Source: Nitrospiria bacterium
GTDB lineage: Bacteria; Nitrospirota; Nitrospiria; DASWJH01
Length of the DNA stretch: 64,000 nucleotides
Direction of reading: 5' to 3'
Assembly: GCA_036397255.1 (NCBI GenBank)
Contig: DASWJH010000004.1
Location: 31-64,030, forward strand
This document shows positions 1 through 13,783 of the stretch, piece by piece. The first letter of the stretch is position 1; each line of letters begins with the position of its first letter. The notes under the pieces were generated by a model that saw only the letters and a list, made by a program, of their open reading frames with translations, made no database searches and was not told where the DNA came from. Made by a program: the position numbers and the translations under genes.

Positions 1-205
1 TAAGATTACAAAATCTCCCCTGACCCCTCTTTTCCAAAGAGGGGAAATAGCATTTCCCTCATTATTGAAAAAGTATTATTATTCATCCTAACTCGTCATT
101 CCCGGTTACCCCCGTCATTCCCGCGGAAGCGGGAATCCAGACATCCCCGTTTAAACCAACTGGATCCCCGATTACCTTTTCGGGGATGACGGCAAAGGGA
201 GCTTT
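1..205. repeat. Repeat unit A, copy 1. It has a 45-nt head (TTACAAAATCTCCCCTGACCCCTCTTTTCCAAAGAGGGGAA) and a tail carrying the GTCATTCCCGC-GGAA-GCGGGAATCCAG hairpin.
   Basis: Direct repeat of 586..790, differing by one 6-nt indel and a few substitutions by eye. It touches the window edge, so it may be truncated. Confidence 0.85.
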
Positions 206-585
206 CAAATTACAAAATCTCCCCTAACCCCTCTTTTCCAAAGAGGGGAATTTTTTAGGAATTTTCTCCCTTAGAAAAAGGGAACCCTCCACCTCTCTCC
301 CCCTTAAGAAAATGGGGCCTCCGTTTCTTTCCCACTTTAGAAAAAGGTGCCCTCCACTTCTCTCCCCCTTTAGCAAAGGGGGAATAAGGGGGATTTAAGA
401 TTACAAAATCTCCCCTGACCCCTCTTTTCCAAAGAGGGGAATTTTTTAGGAATTTTCTCCCTTAGAAAAAAGGGCCCTCCACCTCTCTCCCCCTTAAGAA
501 ATTGGGGCCTCCGTTTCTTTCCCACTTTAGAAATAGGTGCCCTCCACTTCTCTCCCCCTTTAGCAAAGGGGGAATAAGGGGGATT
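206..585. repeat. Two tandem copies of the ~190-bp repeat unit B (about 206..395 and 396..585). Each starts with the same head as unit A and contains several short GC hairpins.
   Basis: The head TTACAAAATCTCCCCT occurs at 210, 401 and 591 (period 190-191 bp). The two copies are near-identical. There is an internal sub-repeat CCCTCCAC(C/T)TCTCTCCCCCTT..GGGG. Confidence 0.9.
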
Positions 586-790
586 TAAGATTACAAAATC
601 TCCCCTGACCCCTCTTTTCCAAAGAGGGGAAATAGCATTTCCCTCATTATTGAAAAAGTATATTCATCCTAACTCGTCATTCCCGGTTCCCCCGTCATTC
701 CCGCGCAAGCGGGAATCCAGACATCCCCGTTTAAACCAACTGGATTCCCGATTACCTATTTCGAGGATGACGGCAAAGGGAGTTTTAAAA
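586..790. repeat. Repeat unit A, copy 2.
   Basis: Direct repeat of 1..205. The hairpin loop is GCAA here, versus GGAA in copy 1. Confidence 0.85.
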
Positions 791-876
791 ACCTGGTTAA
801 GGTTGTGTCCCTGATGTTTCTTTCCGTTCACACTGAAACTTGGCGAAGGCCCTTATTAAAATAATTTTTGGGAGTT

Positions 877-1365
877 TTACGAGCCGGGTTGCTGATCCAG
901 TTTTTCTTTTCGATCCTCTTTGAGGAGATCTTTGAGTTCCTCCAAGAATTCGTTGATGTCTTTAAATTCCCGGTAAACCGATGCAAAACGAACATAAGCC
1001 ACTTGATCCAGGTGGTGGAGGGAGTTCATCACCTGCTCACCGATTTTAGTACTTTGAACCTCTTTCACTCCTAATTCTTGGGTCTCTTTCTCAATTCGAT
1101 CTGCGACTTCTTCCAGTGTACCGATACTGATCGGTCTCTTTTCACAGGCTTTTTTTAACCCTTGAAGAATTTTCTGTCGATCAAAGGGTTCCCGGCGACT
1201 ATCCTTTTTAATGACCAGGGGAAGAACCTCTTCAATCCGCTCGTAGGTGGTAAACCGGCCCTCGCATTTTAGGCACTCCCGGCGGCGGCGAATGGACTCC
1301 CCTTCTTTGCTTAAGCGAGAATCGACTACGCGATCTTCTAAATGAGTACAAAATGGACAGCGCAT
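877..1365 (-). CDS. nrdR: Transcriptional repressor NrdR
   Basis: 162-aa ORF. N-terminal zinc ribbon MRCPFC..CLKC followed by an ATP-cone-like region; full-length NrdR pattern. Confidence 0.93.
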   Translation of the reverse strand: MRCPFCTHLEDRVVDSRLSKEGESIRRRRECLKCEGRFTTYERIEEVLPLVIKKDSRREPFDRQKILQGLKKACEKRPISIGTLEEVADRIEKETQELGVKEVQSTKIGEQVMNSLHHLDQVAYVRFASVYREFKDINEFLEELKDLLKEDRKEKLDQQPGS

Positions 1366-1383
1366 CCAGCACCTGGGGGGTTT

Positions 1384-2646
1384 TTAAGAATAAGAAAAAA
1401 GTGGAAAGCGACGGCACAGTGCTTTGACCTCTGCCCGAACCTTTTTCAGAACCTTTTCATCCTGGGGGGACTTCAAAACAGAATCCATTAACGCAACAAT
1501 TTTTTTCATTTCCGGAACACCCATACCGCGTGTTGAAACAATGGGGGTGCCTAAGCGAATTCCGCTGGTGACGCGGGGGGGATTGGGGTCGTTTGGAATG
1601 GCGTTTTTGTTGACAGTAAGGCCTGCCCGATCCAGAGCCGCCTCCGCCTCAGCCCCGGTAATTCCCTTTTGCCGTAAATCCACCAACATCAGATGGGTAT
1701 CGGTTCCCCCTGAAATGATTTGATAGCCCCTTTGAATCAAGCCCTCCGCCATGGCTTTGGCATTTTCAACAATTTTTTCCTGGTAAGTCCGAAACGTTGG
1801 GAGCATGGCTTCTTGGAAGGCCACCGCTTTTGCGGCAATGACATGCATGAGGGGGCCTCCTTGAAGCCCGGGAAAGATTTTTTTATCCACTGCCTTCGCG
1901 TGAACCTCTTTGCACATGACCATCCCTCCCCGAGGCCCCCGGAGGGTTTTGTGGGTCGTGGTGGTCACAAAGTCCGCATAAGGAAAAGGATTCGGATGAA
2001 GCCCAGCCGCAACCAAACCCGCGGGATGAGCAATATCCGCCATTAAAAGGGCGCCTGCCTGATCGGCAATTTCGCGAAACCGTTTAAAGTCAATGACCCG
2101 AGAGTAGGCGCTGGCCCCTACCACAATCAGCTTTGGATGATGTTCTTTTGCCAGGGACTCGGCCTGATCATAATCGATTAAACCGGTTTCAGGTTTCACT
2201 CCGTAAAAAACGGGACGGTAAAGTATCCCTGAAAAACTCACAGGACTTCCGTGGGTTAAATGCCCGCCATGGGCCAAATTCATTCCCATCAGGGTATCCC
2301 CTGGGTTTAAAACCGAAAAATAGACGGCCATATTGGCTTGAGAACCGGAATGGGCTTGGACATTGACATGCTCGGCCCCGAAAAGTTTTTTGGCCCTTTC
2401 AATGGCCAACTCTTCCGCATCATCCACAAATTCACACCCCCCATAATAACGACGCCGGGGGTATCCCTCCGCATACTTATTGGTAAAAACGGATCCCAGT
2501 GCCTCCATCACCGCACGGCTTGCATAATTTTCCGATGCAATCAGAATTATTTTTTCTTTTTCCCGGTGTTTCTCGGATTGAATGGCCCGATAAATATCCG
2601 GATCGGTTTCTTTTAACCGGGGCGGAGGGTTTTCTTTCATTGTCAA
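1384..2646 (-). CDS. glyA: Serine hydroxymethyltransferase
   Basis: 420 aa with the [17 protein letters not shown]-lysine motif. Typical SHMT length. Confidence 0.97.
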   Translation of the reverse strand: MTMKENPPPRLKETDPDIYRAIQSEKHREKEKIILIASENYASRAVMEALGSVFTNKYAEGYPRRRYYGGCEFVDDAEELAIERAKKLFGAEHVNVQAHSGSQANMAVYFSVLNPGDTLMGMNLAHGGHLTHGSPVSFSGILYRPVFYGVKPETGLIDYDQAESLAKEHHPKLIVVGASAYSRVIDFKRFREIADQAGALLMADIAHPAGLVAAGLHPNPFPYADFVTTTTHKTLRGPRGGMVMCKEVHAKAVDKKIFPGLQGGPLMHVIAAKAVAFQEAMLPTFRTYQEKIVENAKAMAEGLIQRGYQIISGGTDTHLMLVDLRQKGITGAEAEAALDRAGLTVNKNAIPNDPNPPRVTSGIRLGTPIVSTRGMGVPEMKKIVALMDSVLKSPQDEKVLKKVRAEVKALCRRFPLFSYS

Positions 2647-2647
2647 T

Positions 2648-3115
2648 TTAATCCTTTTTACTTTTGGAATTCATGGTTGCTTTCTCTAACTCTTTAATTT
2701 TTTGTAACCGTCGGCCATGGCGGCCCCCTTCAAAATCTGTTGAAAACCATTCCTTAACCATCTCCAACGCATTCTCATGGTCTAAAACACGCCCTCCTAA
2801 AACCAGCACGTTGGCATCATTATGCTCCCGGCTCACCCGGGCCGTAAAGGAATCATGGCACAATGCAGCACGAACCCCTGGATACTTATTGGCAACGATG
2901 GACATACCAATTCCTGTTCCACAGATTAAAATTCCCTTATCCACGCTCCCCTCCGAAACCGCCTCGGCCACTTTAATCCCATAATCCGGATAATCTACGG
3001 AAGCCTCTCCGTCGGTTCCGAAATCCAGTGTTTTTAAACCCAAATTTTGCATGAGGGCTTTGATTTTCTCTTTTAACCCATGCCCCGCATGATCACTTCC
3101 AATAGCAACTTGCAT
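2648..3115 (-). CDS. rpiB: Ribose-5-phosphate isomerase B
   Basis: 155 aa. RpiB/LacAB family motif [16 protein letters not shown]. Tightly packed upstream of glyA. Confidence 0.92.
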   Translation of the reverse strand: MQVAIGSDHAGHGLKEKIKALMQNLGLKTLDFGTDGEASVDYPDYGIKVAEAVSEGSVDKGILICGTGIGMSIVANKYPGVRAALCHDSFTARVSREHNDANVLVLGGRVLDHENALEMVKEWFSTDFEGGRHGRRLQKIKELEKATMNSKSKKD

Positions 3116-3239
3116 CTCTCACCTTAAAAAAAGGGATGGTATCCTACTTTGAAAGAGAGAGTCAAGTCCATGTTTTATCCTCCGCAACCCTTTTTGATCA
3201 ATCCCAAAAAGCACTTCTCGGACCTTCCTCTTTCACATC

Positions 3240-3268
3240 TTGACACCCAAAGGTGAACTGCCTATACT
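3240..3268 (+). promoter_or_regulatory. Sigma70-like promoter for the DUF721 gene
   Basis: TTGACA (3240..3245), a 17-nt spacer, then TATACT (3263..3268), about 45 nt upstream of the ATG at 3314. Confidence 0.5.
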
Positions 3269-3313
3269 TCCCTTGAGTATCCCCAACCCTTCTTTCAGAA
3301 GAGCGCCCAACGG

Positions 3314-3787
3314 ATGAAGAAAAAATATCCCCAGCCCATTGCTCCTATTTTATCTGGGATCGTTGAGCGATACGGGCTTCAAACCAACCTCCAGGTGGAA
3401 AACCTAAAAAAAAACTGGGAACAAATCGCCGGACCCCAATTGGCAGAGCATACCCTGCCCATCTCCCTCCGGTTCCGAAAATTAACTCTTTTGGTGGACA
3501 GCCCTTCTTGGACACAACAAATTAATTTTATTCGCCCAGGGCTATTGGATCAAATTAAGGCATTTCAAAAAAATTTGGATGTGGCCGAAATCGGCTTTAG
3601 AATAGGACCCCTTCCGGAGAAAAAACCTGCCATGGACAAGGAAACCCCAGGGTCTACCTTCCTATCCGAGGATGAATTCAATTTTATTCAGGAATCTTTA
3701 AAACCGATTCAGGATCCAAAAATACAGGAATCTTTCCGGAGGGTCATGGTACGGGCTTTACTGGCGAAGGGGCCCACCCACCCTTAA
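3314..3787 (+). CDS. DUF721 / DciA-like protein (candidate replicative-helicase operator)
   Basis: 157 aa. The N-terminal pattern (ILSGIVERYGL...NWEQIAGPQLAEHT..ISLRFRKLTLLVDSPSW) is typical of the DUF721 family. It sits in the ori-proximal gyrB/dnaN neighbourhood. Confidence 0.7.
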   Translation: MKKKYPQPIAPILSGIVERYGLQTNLQVENLKKNWEQIAGPQLAEHTLPISLRFRKLTLLVDSPSWTQQINFIRPGLLDQIKAFQKNLDVAEIGFRIGPLPEKKPAMDKETPGSTFLSEDEFNFIQESLKPIQDPKIQESFRRVMVRALLAKGPTHP

Positions 3788-3788
3788 A

Positions 3789-4928
3789 TCAGGGGGGGGG
3801 ATCATCTAAAGGGGTTGGGGTCGTTTTTCCCAGGGTTGAAAAATTGGCCTGAACGGTAATGGACACCCGTTCCGCACGACGGAAAATTACCTCCTCATTC
3901 CCCTGGAAATCTGCTACGATATAATCTCCCATTTTAATTTCTCCCAGAGAATACAATTCGGCAATCTTTCCATCTATAAAACGTTCCACCCGATTGAGGA
4001 GCGGCCGGGCACCCATTTCGGGATTGTTTTCCTCACACACTAAAAATCGTTTCATCCGGGGGGTCAAATTCACGGCGAACCCCTTTTCCGCAAACCGTTC
4101 ATAGCTTTTTTTGAGGATTTTTTCCAACACTCCGAATAAATCCTCCTCCCTGAGGGGTTGAAATACGACAAAATCACTGATCCGGTTTCGAAACTCAGGA
4201 CTAAAGGTTTTCTCCATTTCCCGGCGGACCGCTTGATTAATCTGTTGATCAACGGCTTCGGGCCTTGTGGGGTTGACTCCTTTAAAACCGATCTGCTGTT
4301 CCTCAAGGAGCCGACTCACCGCCCGGGACCCCACATTACTGGTGAGGATCAAAATGGAAGAGGTAAAATCAACCCGCGTTTCCTCCTGGACACTTCGGCG
4401 CGTGACCGTGACGGATCCTTCATCCATTACCTGAAGGAGTAAATTGTGAAGAGAAGGATGGGCCTTTTCGATTTCATCAAAAACAACCACATTCCATTTT
4501 CTCGCCTCCACCTCCGTTTTATCCAATATGGCAGGCATGTCGCTTCCCATATATCCGGGGGGGCTTCCAATCAGTCGTGAAACGGTATGGGGTTCACCAA
4601 ACTCGGAGCAGTCAATTTTTAACCAGGCTTTGGGATCGTGGTGAATGGCTCTCGCCAGTGCCCTTGCGGTCTCCGTTTTTCCAACCCCGCTGGGCCCTGA
4701 GAAGAAAAAGGTCGCAATAGGGCGTTCTTTATTTCGAAAGCCCGTGGCCGCCCGAACCAATGCCCGGATGATCGCTAACACTGCGGGATCTTGTCCCACG
4801 ACCTCTTCCTTTAAAGTGGATTCAATGGAGGTGAGGGGCCCTCGGCCTTTGGGGTGGGTGGACATTAAAACGTTGGCCTCGGGAATAAGCGGGCTTGAAA
4901 ATTCCGGTGGTAAATTTTTCTCTTTCAC
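3789..4928 (-). CDS. Stand-alone AAA+ ATPase resembling the D2 module of ClpA/ClpB
   Basis: 379 aa. Walker A GPSGVGKT, Walker B VVVFDEIEKAH, sensor-1 ILTSN and sensor-2 GARPL. There is no Clp N-domain, D1 or M-domain. It has a C-terminal tail of about 60 aa. Confidence 0.8.
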   Translation of the reverse strand: MKEKNLPPEFSSPLIPEANVLMSTHPKGRGPLTSIESTLKEEVVGQDPAVLAIIRALVRAATGFRNKERPIATFFFSGPSGVGKTETARALARAIHHDPKAWLKIDCSEFGEPHTVSRLIGSPPGYMGSDMPAILDKTEVEARKWNVVVFDEIEKAHPSLHNLLLQVMDEGSVTVTRRSVQEETRVDFTSSILILTSNVGSRAVSRLLEEQQIGFKGVNPTRPEAVDQQINQAVRREMEKTFSPEFRNRISDFVVFQPLREEDLFGVLEKILKKSYERFAEKGFAVNLTPRMKRFLVCEENNPEMGARPLLNRVERFIDGKIAELYSLGEIKMGDYIVADFQGNEEVIFRRAERVSITVQANFSTLGKTTPTPLDDPPP

Positions 4929-4996
4929 CTTGGAATGCCTACCTCATTTCAAAGCCTAACCAAGGGACTCTTTTTTGTCAAGAATATTGTCGGAAT

Positions 4997-5788
4997 TCAG
5001 GATCGTTCGCGGGTGGCTTTGTCTCGTGTCTCCCGGATCCGTAACTCGAGAACCGGGCGATTCGGGTAGGATTCCAAAAGTTCTTTATAGATTTCTAAGG
5101 CCTCAACGTGCCGCTGGGTTTCCGCCAGACAATTGGCCATTTTAAATCTGGCCTCCAGCCTGTAAGAACTATCCGGATATTTTTGAACCAATTGTTGATA
5201 ACGATCAAAAGCGTCTCCAAATTTGTCTTCTATAAAATAGGTTCCTGCAATCCGAAAGAGGGCTTCATCTACTTGATCCCCCTCGGGATGATTTCGAATA
5301 AAGGCCTCCCACTCGGTTCGGGCTTGTGCCAACTCTCCCCTATCAAAATAAATCTCCGCAATCCGAAGATGGGCCTTTTTTGAAAAAACGGGATCCTGCG
5401 TATCATTCACTAAACGTTGATAGGTGGTAATGGCACTTTGGGTTTCCTGGAGTCGCCGTTCGTACAACTCTCCCATAGAAAAAAGAGCAGAGGAAACCCG
5501 TTTATGATCGGGAAATTGGTTCACCAAAAACCCAAAAGCCTCCAAACTATGATCCGGGTCATCCAAATAGTGAAAATAAAGGACCCCCAACCAATAATAG
5601 GCCTCCCCGGTGAGTCGGCTTTTGGGAAACTCCTCAACCAACTTTTCATACTCTCGAGCGGCTCCCAAATAATCTCCTTGGTCCATGCGCTTCTCGGCGA
5701 GACTCAAATGCCGTTGGGGGGAAAATTCACAGCCGTTTCCCGCAACCAGGAGTATCGCCATCAGCATCCCGGAAATTCCAAAGTTCAT
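4997..5788 (-). CDS. TPR-repeat envelope protein (BamD/YfiO-like or CpoB/YbgF-like)
   Basis: Start placed at MNFGISGMLMAILLVAGNGC (signal peptide with a cysteine, 1 nt after the gyrA stop). It has repeated Y..L...YP.S motifs. The longer ORF start at 5866 would overlap gyrA. Confidence 0.6.
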   Translation of the reverse strand: MNFGISGMLMAILLVAGNGCEFSPQRHLSLAEKRMDQGDYLGAAREYEKLVEEFPKSRLTGEAYYWLGVLYFHYLDDPDHSLEAFGFLVNQFPDHKRVSSALFSMGELYERRLQETQSAITTYQRLVNDTQDPVFSKKAHLRIAEIYFDRGELAQARTEWEAFIRNHPEGDQVDEALFRIAGTYFIEDKFGDAFDRYQQLVQKYPDSSYRLEARFKMANCLAETQRHVEALEIYKELLESYPNRPVLELRIRETRDKATRERS

Positions 5789-5789
5789 C

Positions 5790-8261
5790 TTATTCCACCC
5801 CGCCCGGCTCCTCAGATGAACCCTCCTCTTCGACTTTTTCCGCCAACATGGCGGTACCCACCACACGATCCGTTTCCGCTATTCCAATCAACTTTACCCC
5901 TTGAGTATTTCGGCCGATGACACGAAGCCCTTCCATTTGGAGTCTCAAAATCATCCCCTCCGAAGTCATGAGCATAATTTCATCCTCCTGGTTGACCTGA
6001 AATAGAGAAACCACATTTCCATTTCGGGATGTGGTTTTAATCGTAATAATTCCTTTTCCTCCGCGGCCTTGCACACGGTATTCCTCCAGCTCGGTTCTTT
6101 TTCCAAAACCCCGCTCCGTCACCGTTAATATGGAGGAGGTTGCATCTTCACTGATGGTCTCCATTCCAACCACCTCATCCCCTTTCCCCAGGGTAATGCC
6201 TCGAACCCCACGTCCCGAACGGCCAATGGAGCGAACATCGCTCTCATGAAAACGAATGGCCAAACCCTTTCGGGTGCCCATCAAAATATCCTGATTCCCT
6301 TGAATAATCCGAGCGCCAACCAAGCGGTCCCCTTCATCTAAACTGATGGCAATGATCCCCCCGTTTCGAGGGTTACTGTAGGCTTCCAGACTTGTTTTTT
6401 TAATGACTCCCTGTCGTGTTCCCATCACCACAAAGCAATCCTCTCTGAACTCTGAAACCGGAAGGATGGCGGAAACCCCGTCCCCGGGGGATAACTGAAG
6501 AAGATTCACAATGGCTTTTCCTTTGGCCATTCTACCTGCCTCAGGAATTTGATGAACCTTGAGCCAATACACTCTGCCGATTTCCGTAAAAAACAAAAGA
6601 TAGTCCCGGGTTGAGGCGATAAAAAGATGTTCCACAAAATCTTGTTCTTTCACACCCATGGCGATTTTTCCTTTACCGCCACGTCGCTGGCTCCGATAAA
6701 TACTCACGGGGTTCCTTTTGATATAACCTGTGTGAGAAACCGTGATGACTGCCTCTTCAGGGGTAATTAAATCTTCCAGACTGATCTCTTCTGTTTCGGG
6801 AAGAATTTCGGTTTTCCGGGGATCGCTGTAGCGTTCCCGCACCTCGGTGAGTTCATCCTTGATGATCTTTAGGACCAATGCTTCATTTCCTAAAACCGAT
6901 TGAAGATAACCGATACGCTCTAAGGTCTGCTGATATTCATCCACCAGTTTTTGGCGCTCCAACCCAGTTAACCTTTGCAGCCGCATATCCAAAATGGCTT
7001 GAGCCTGGATGGCCGTTAACCCAAAACGGGTGATCAACCCTACCCTTGCCTCCTCGGGGGATTGGGACTGTCGGATTAAGGTAATGACTTCATCCAAATG
7101 ATCCAAGGCCACCTTGAGGCCCTCAAGGATATGGGCTCGTTCCTCCGCTTTTCGAAGCTCAAATTGGGTCCGACGAACCACCACCTCCCGCCGGTGTTCA
7201 ATAAAGTGGAATAACATTTCCCGAAGGGAAAGGACTTTAGGCTGATTATTAACCAAGGCCAGCATGATGACCCCGAAAGTGGACTGGAGTTGGGTCAGCT
7301 TGAAAAGTTGGTTTAAGATAATGGTCGCAATCTCCCCTTTTTTAAGCTCTAAAACAATCCGCATGCCATCCCGATCGGATTCATCTCTTAAGTCTGAAAT
7401 GCCTTCTACTTTTTTATCCCGAACCAACTCCGCCATCCGTTCAATGAGTCTTGCTTTATTGACCTGGTAGGGAAGTTCCGTCACGATAATGCTTTCCCGG
7501 TCATTTTTGGGGTTGCTCTCAATAAAGGCACGGGCACGCATTTGAATAATCCCCCGTCCGGTTTTGTAGGCATCCAGGATACCCTGGGTTCCATGAATGG
7601 CCCCCGCGGTTGGAAAATCAGGACCTTTAATCTTTTCCATCAAATTCTCCAGGGAAACATCGGGCGTGTCGATCATCATGATGAGCCCATCGATGATTTC
7701 TCCAAGGTTATTCGGGGGAATGTTGGTCGCCATCCCCACCGCAATCCCTGAAGACCCGTTTATCAAAAGGTTGGGAATCCGCGTGGGGAGCACCACCGGT
7801 TCTTCCGTCACTTCATCAAAATTAGGGGAAAAATTAACGGTTTCCATATCGATGTCCGCCAATAACTCTTCCGCCAAACGGGTCAATCGCGCTTCCGTAT
7901 ACCGATAGGCGGCGGGAGGATCACCGTCCACCGACCCAAAATTACCTTGACCATCCACAAGGAGGTATCGCATGTTGAAATTCTGGGCCATTCGGACCAG
8001 TGCGTCATAAACAGCAGCATCCCCATGGGGATGGTATTTTTTTATGACCTCTCCCACCACCCCCGCGCACTTGGAATATCGACGGCTGGATAGAAGACCC
8101 TCTCGAAACATGGCATAGAGAATCCGTCGATGAACCGGTTTGAGTCCATCACGGACATCAGGCAGGGCCCGTCCCACAATCACGCTCATGGCATAATCGA
8201 GGTAGGCAGATTTCATTTCATCTTCAAGGTGGATCTGTTCTACTCGTTCTTCTACTGGCAC
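5790..8261 (-). CDS. gyrA: DNA gyrase subunit A
   Basis: 823 aa with the N-terminal motifs [24 protein letters not shown] and HPHGD. Confidence 0.98.
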   Translation of the reverse strand: MPVEERVEQIHLEDEMKSAYLDYAMSVIVGRALPDVRDGLKPVHRRILYAMFREGLLSSRRYSKCAGVVGEVIKKYHPHGDAAVYDALVRMAQNFNMRYLLVDGQGNFGSVDGDPPAAYRYTEARLTRLAEELLADIDMETVNFSPNFDEVTEEPVVLPTRIPNLLINGSSGIAVGMATNIPPNNLGEIIDGLIMMIDTPDVSLENLMEKIKGPDFPTAGAIHGTQGILDAYKTGRGIIQMRARAFIESNPKNDRESIIVTELPYQVNKARLIERMAELVRDKKVEGISDLRDESDRDGMRIVLELKKGEIATIILNQLFKLTQLQSTFGVIMLALVNNQPKVLSLREMLFHFIEHRREVVVRRTQFELRKAEERAHILEGLKVALDHLDEVITLIRQSQSPEEARVGLITRFGLTAIQAQAILDMRLQRLTGLERQKLVDEYQQTLERIGYLQSVLGNEALVLKIIKDELTEVRERYSDPRKTEILPETEEISLEDLITPEEAVITVSHTGYIKRNPVSIYRSQRRGGKGKIAMGVKEQDFVEHLFIASTRDYLLFFTEIGRVYWLKVHQIPEAGRMAKGKAIVNLLQLSPGDGVSAILPVSEFREDCFVVMGTRQGVIKKTSLEAYSNPRNGGIIAISLDEGDRLVGARIIQGNQDILMGTRKGLAIRFHESDVRSIGRSGRGVRGITLGKGDEVVGMETISEDATSSILTVTERGFGKRTELEEYRVQGRGGKGIITIKTTSRNGNVVSLFQVNQEDEIMLMTSEGMILRLQMEGLRVIGRNTQGVKLIGIAETDRVVGTAMLAEKVEEEGSSEEPGGVE

Positions 8262-8391
8262 GGTTTCCTCCGCTCTACAAGGCCGTTACACTTCCTACGG
8301 GTTAAATTATTCGGAAAGACAGTGGATGGCAATTCTGATTCATCCAGGCAACCTTTGTCGGTAAGGGGAAGAATGGTGGATTCCAAGTTGC

Positions 8392-11983
<3,592 letters not shown>

Positions 11984-11987
<4 letters not shown>

Positions 11988-13327
11988 CTTCCCTCCTTAA
12001 GCTTTTTGGTTAATAACTCAAGGGTCTTTCTAAGTTGGACATCTTTCTCCTTGCTCTCCCCTATGATTCGGCAAGAGTGCATTACCGTGGTATGATCCCT
12101 GCCCCCAAAGTTTCTACCAATTTCCGGAAAGGAAAGGGGGGTGATTTCTCGGCAAATATACATGGCTATTTGCCTAGGGTAAACCAGGTTTTTTGTCCTT
12201 TTCTTAGATTTCATGTCAGAGACCTTGATTTGAAATTGTTCGGCAACAGCTTTTTGAATCTCCTCTACGGAGACTACTTTTCCTTTTCCAATCAGGGTAT
12301 CCCGGAGGACCGTTTTCGCCAACTCAATGGTAACCTCCTGCCCGGTAAGAGATGAAAAAGCCCCGAGACGAATGAGAGACCCCTCCAGTTCTCGGATGTT
12401 GGTTTGTATGTTGCTGGCCAGGAAAAGAGCCACTTCATCGTTTAAAGGCATTTTTTCCGTTTCAGCCTTTCTTTTTAAAATAGCAATCTTTGTTTCCAAA
12501 TCCGGAGGTTGAATATCTGCAATTAAACCCCATTCAAACCGGGATCTTAAGCGTTCTTCAATAGTAGGCATCTCTTTCGGAAAAAGATCGCTAGTGATGA
12601 CAATCTGTTTTTGAGACTCGTACAGCGTGTTAAAGGTATGGAAAAACTCTTCCTGGGTTCTCTCCTTCCCTGCGATGAACTGAATATCATCCACCAACAG
12701 CATGTCAATATTTCGATAGCGATTTCTAAAATCTCCCATTCGATCATAGCGGATGGAGTTGATGACCTCGTTGGTAAATTGTTCTGAAGAGACATAAACA
12801 ATTTTAGTTAATCTTTTATGATTTAAAGCGTGGTTTCCAATGGCATTTAAAAGATGGGTTTTCCCAAGACCCACCCCTCCATAGATAAAAAGAGGATTGT
12901 AGGCCCGCGCGGGGTTCTCTGCCACCGCTTGCGTTGCCGCATGGGCAAATTGGTTGCTGGATCCTACCACAAAGGTGTTAAAGGTATATCTAGGATTTAA
13001 AGCGGCCCCAACCCATGTCCTGCGCTCTGGTTTCCCCTCTTCCTTCAGGACTTTTTCCCGGAATAGGTTCTCCTGCTTTTCCATTTTTACACCGAAAGTA
13101 ATTTCAACATCGTTTCTTTGAAGAAGTCCATTCAGTGTTTCAATTAAGACATCCTGGTAATGATCCTTCAGCCAATCCCCAAAAAAACGGTTTGGAACCC
13201 CTATTTTTACTTTTCCTTCCTGAAGACTTTCGAGGTTTGCGGTTTGAAACCAGGTTTCAAAAATCTGCTTCGAAAATTTTCCTTGAAGAGCGTTCAACGT
13301 TTGGCTCCATATCTTCTCCCTCTCCAT
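11984..13327 (-). CDS. dnaA: Chromosomal replication initiator DnaA
   Basis: 447 aa. AAA+ Walker A GGVGLGKTHL and a C-terminal DnaA-box binding domain (RQIAMYICREIT..SFPEIGRNFGGRDHTTVMH). Confidence 0.98.
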
Positions 13328-13727
13328 AAATAAACACAGACCCCCCTACCTTTAGAAAATTAACCACAACTTTATCAACACCTGTTGATAATAATAATTT
13401 CCCTTTATTTTCAATGAAATAAAGGATTTTTTTTATTTAATAGTAACACCCTTCTAGAAGAAATCTTATACAAGAAAAGCAAGTGTTTAGAGGCTGGTTA
13501 GCGGAGGCCATCTTATAACAAGGTTTTTTTTTTATCAAGTCTTTTTACCCTTATCATCTTTCCTAAAACACATAATTTTACACAAGGTCAAAATACCCTT
13601 ATGATCCTAATTTTTATAGGGTAAAAAAATAAATTTCCCCTTTTCCCCCGCTTCTACTACTTCTCCTACTAGTTTTTAATTTAATAATACTATTAGTAAT
13701 AAGGCTGTGGGAAAAAACTAAATTTTC
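13328..13727. other. Candidate oriC (dnaA-rpmH intergenic region)
   Basis: About 400 bp of non-coding, AT-rich DNA with T10 and A/T runs, between divergent dnaA and rpmH. Gene orientation switches from minus to plus here. It contains DnaA-box-like 9-mers. Confidence 0.65.
13360..13391. promoter_or_regulatory. Cluster of DnaA-box-like 9-mers
   Basis: TTAACCACA (13360..13368), TTATCAACA (13372..13380) and its inverted partner TGTTGATAA (13383..13391). Each has one mismatch to TTATCCACA. The last two form a palindrome separated by CC. Confidence 0.55.
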
Positions 13728-13756
13728 TTGACAGTTCAAAACCTGGTCCATATAAT
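13728..13756 (+). promoter_or_regulatory. Consensus sigma70 promoter of the rpmH operon
   Basis: TTGACA (13728..13733), a 17-nt spacer, then TATAAT (13751..13756). The AAGGAGG RBS and the ATG at 13784 follow. Confidence 0.7.
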
Positions 13757-13783
13757 ACACCCTCTTAAAAATAAGGAGGAAAA

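Noticed and set aside
1-790. Possible CRISPR array
   Set aside because: The repeat units are 190-205 bp long. The 'spacers' are themselves repeated (two types, each twice). There are no cas genes in the window.
3792-3800. G9 tract as a phase-variation switch
   Set aside because: It encodes the last three prolines before the stop of the AAA+ gene. A slip would change only the extreme C-terminus.
5789-5866. Upstream extension of the TPR-protein ORF
   Set aside because: It would overlap the gyrA 3' end by 77 nt. An internal Met gives a signal peptide and abuts the gyrA stop.
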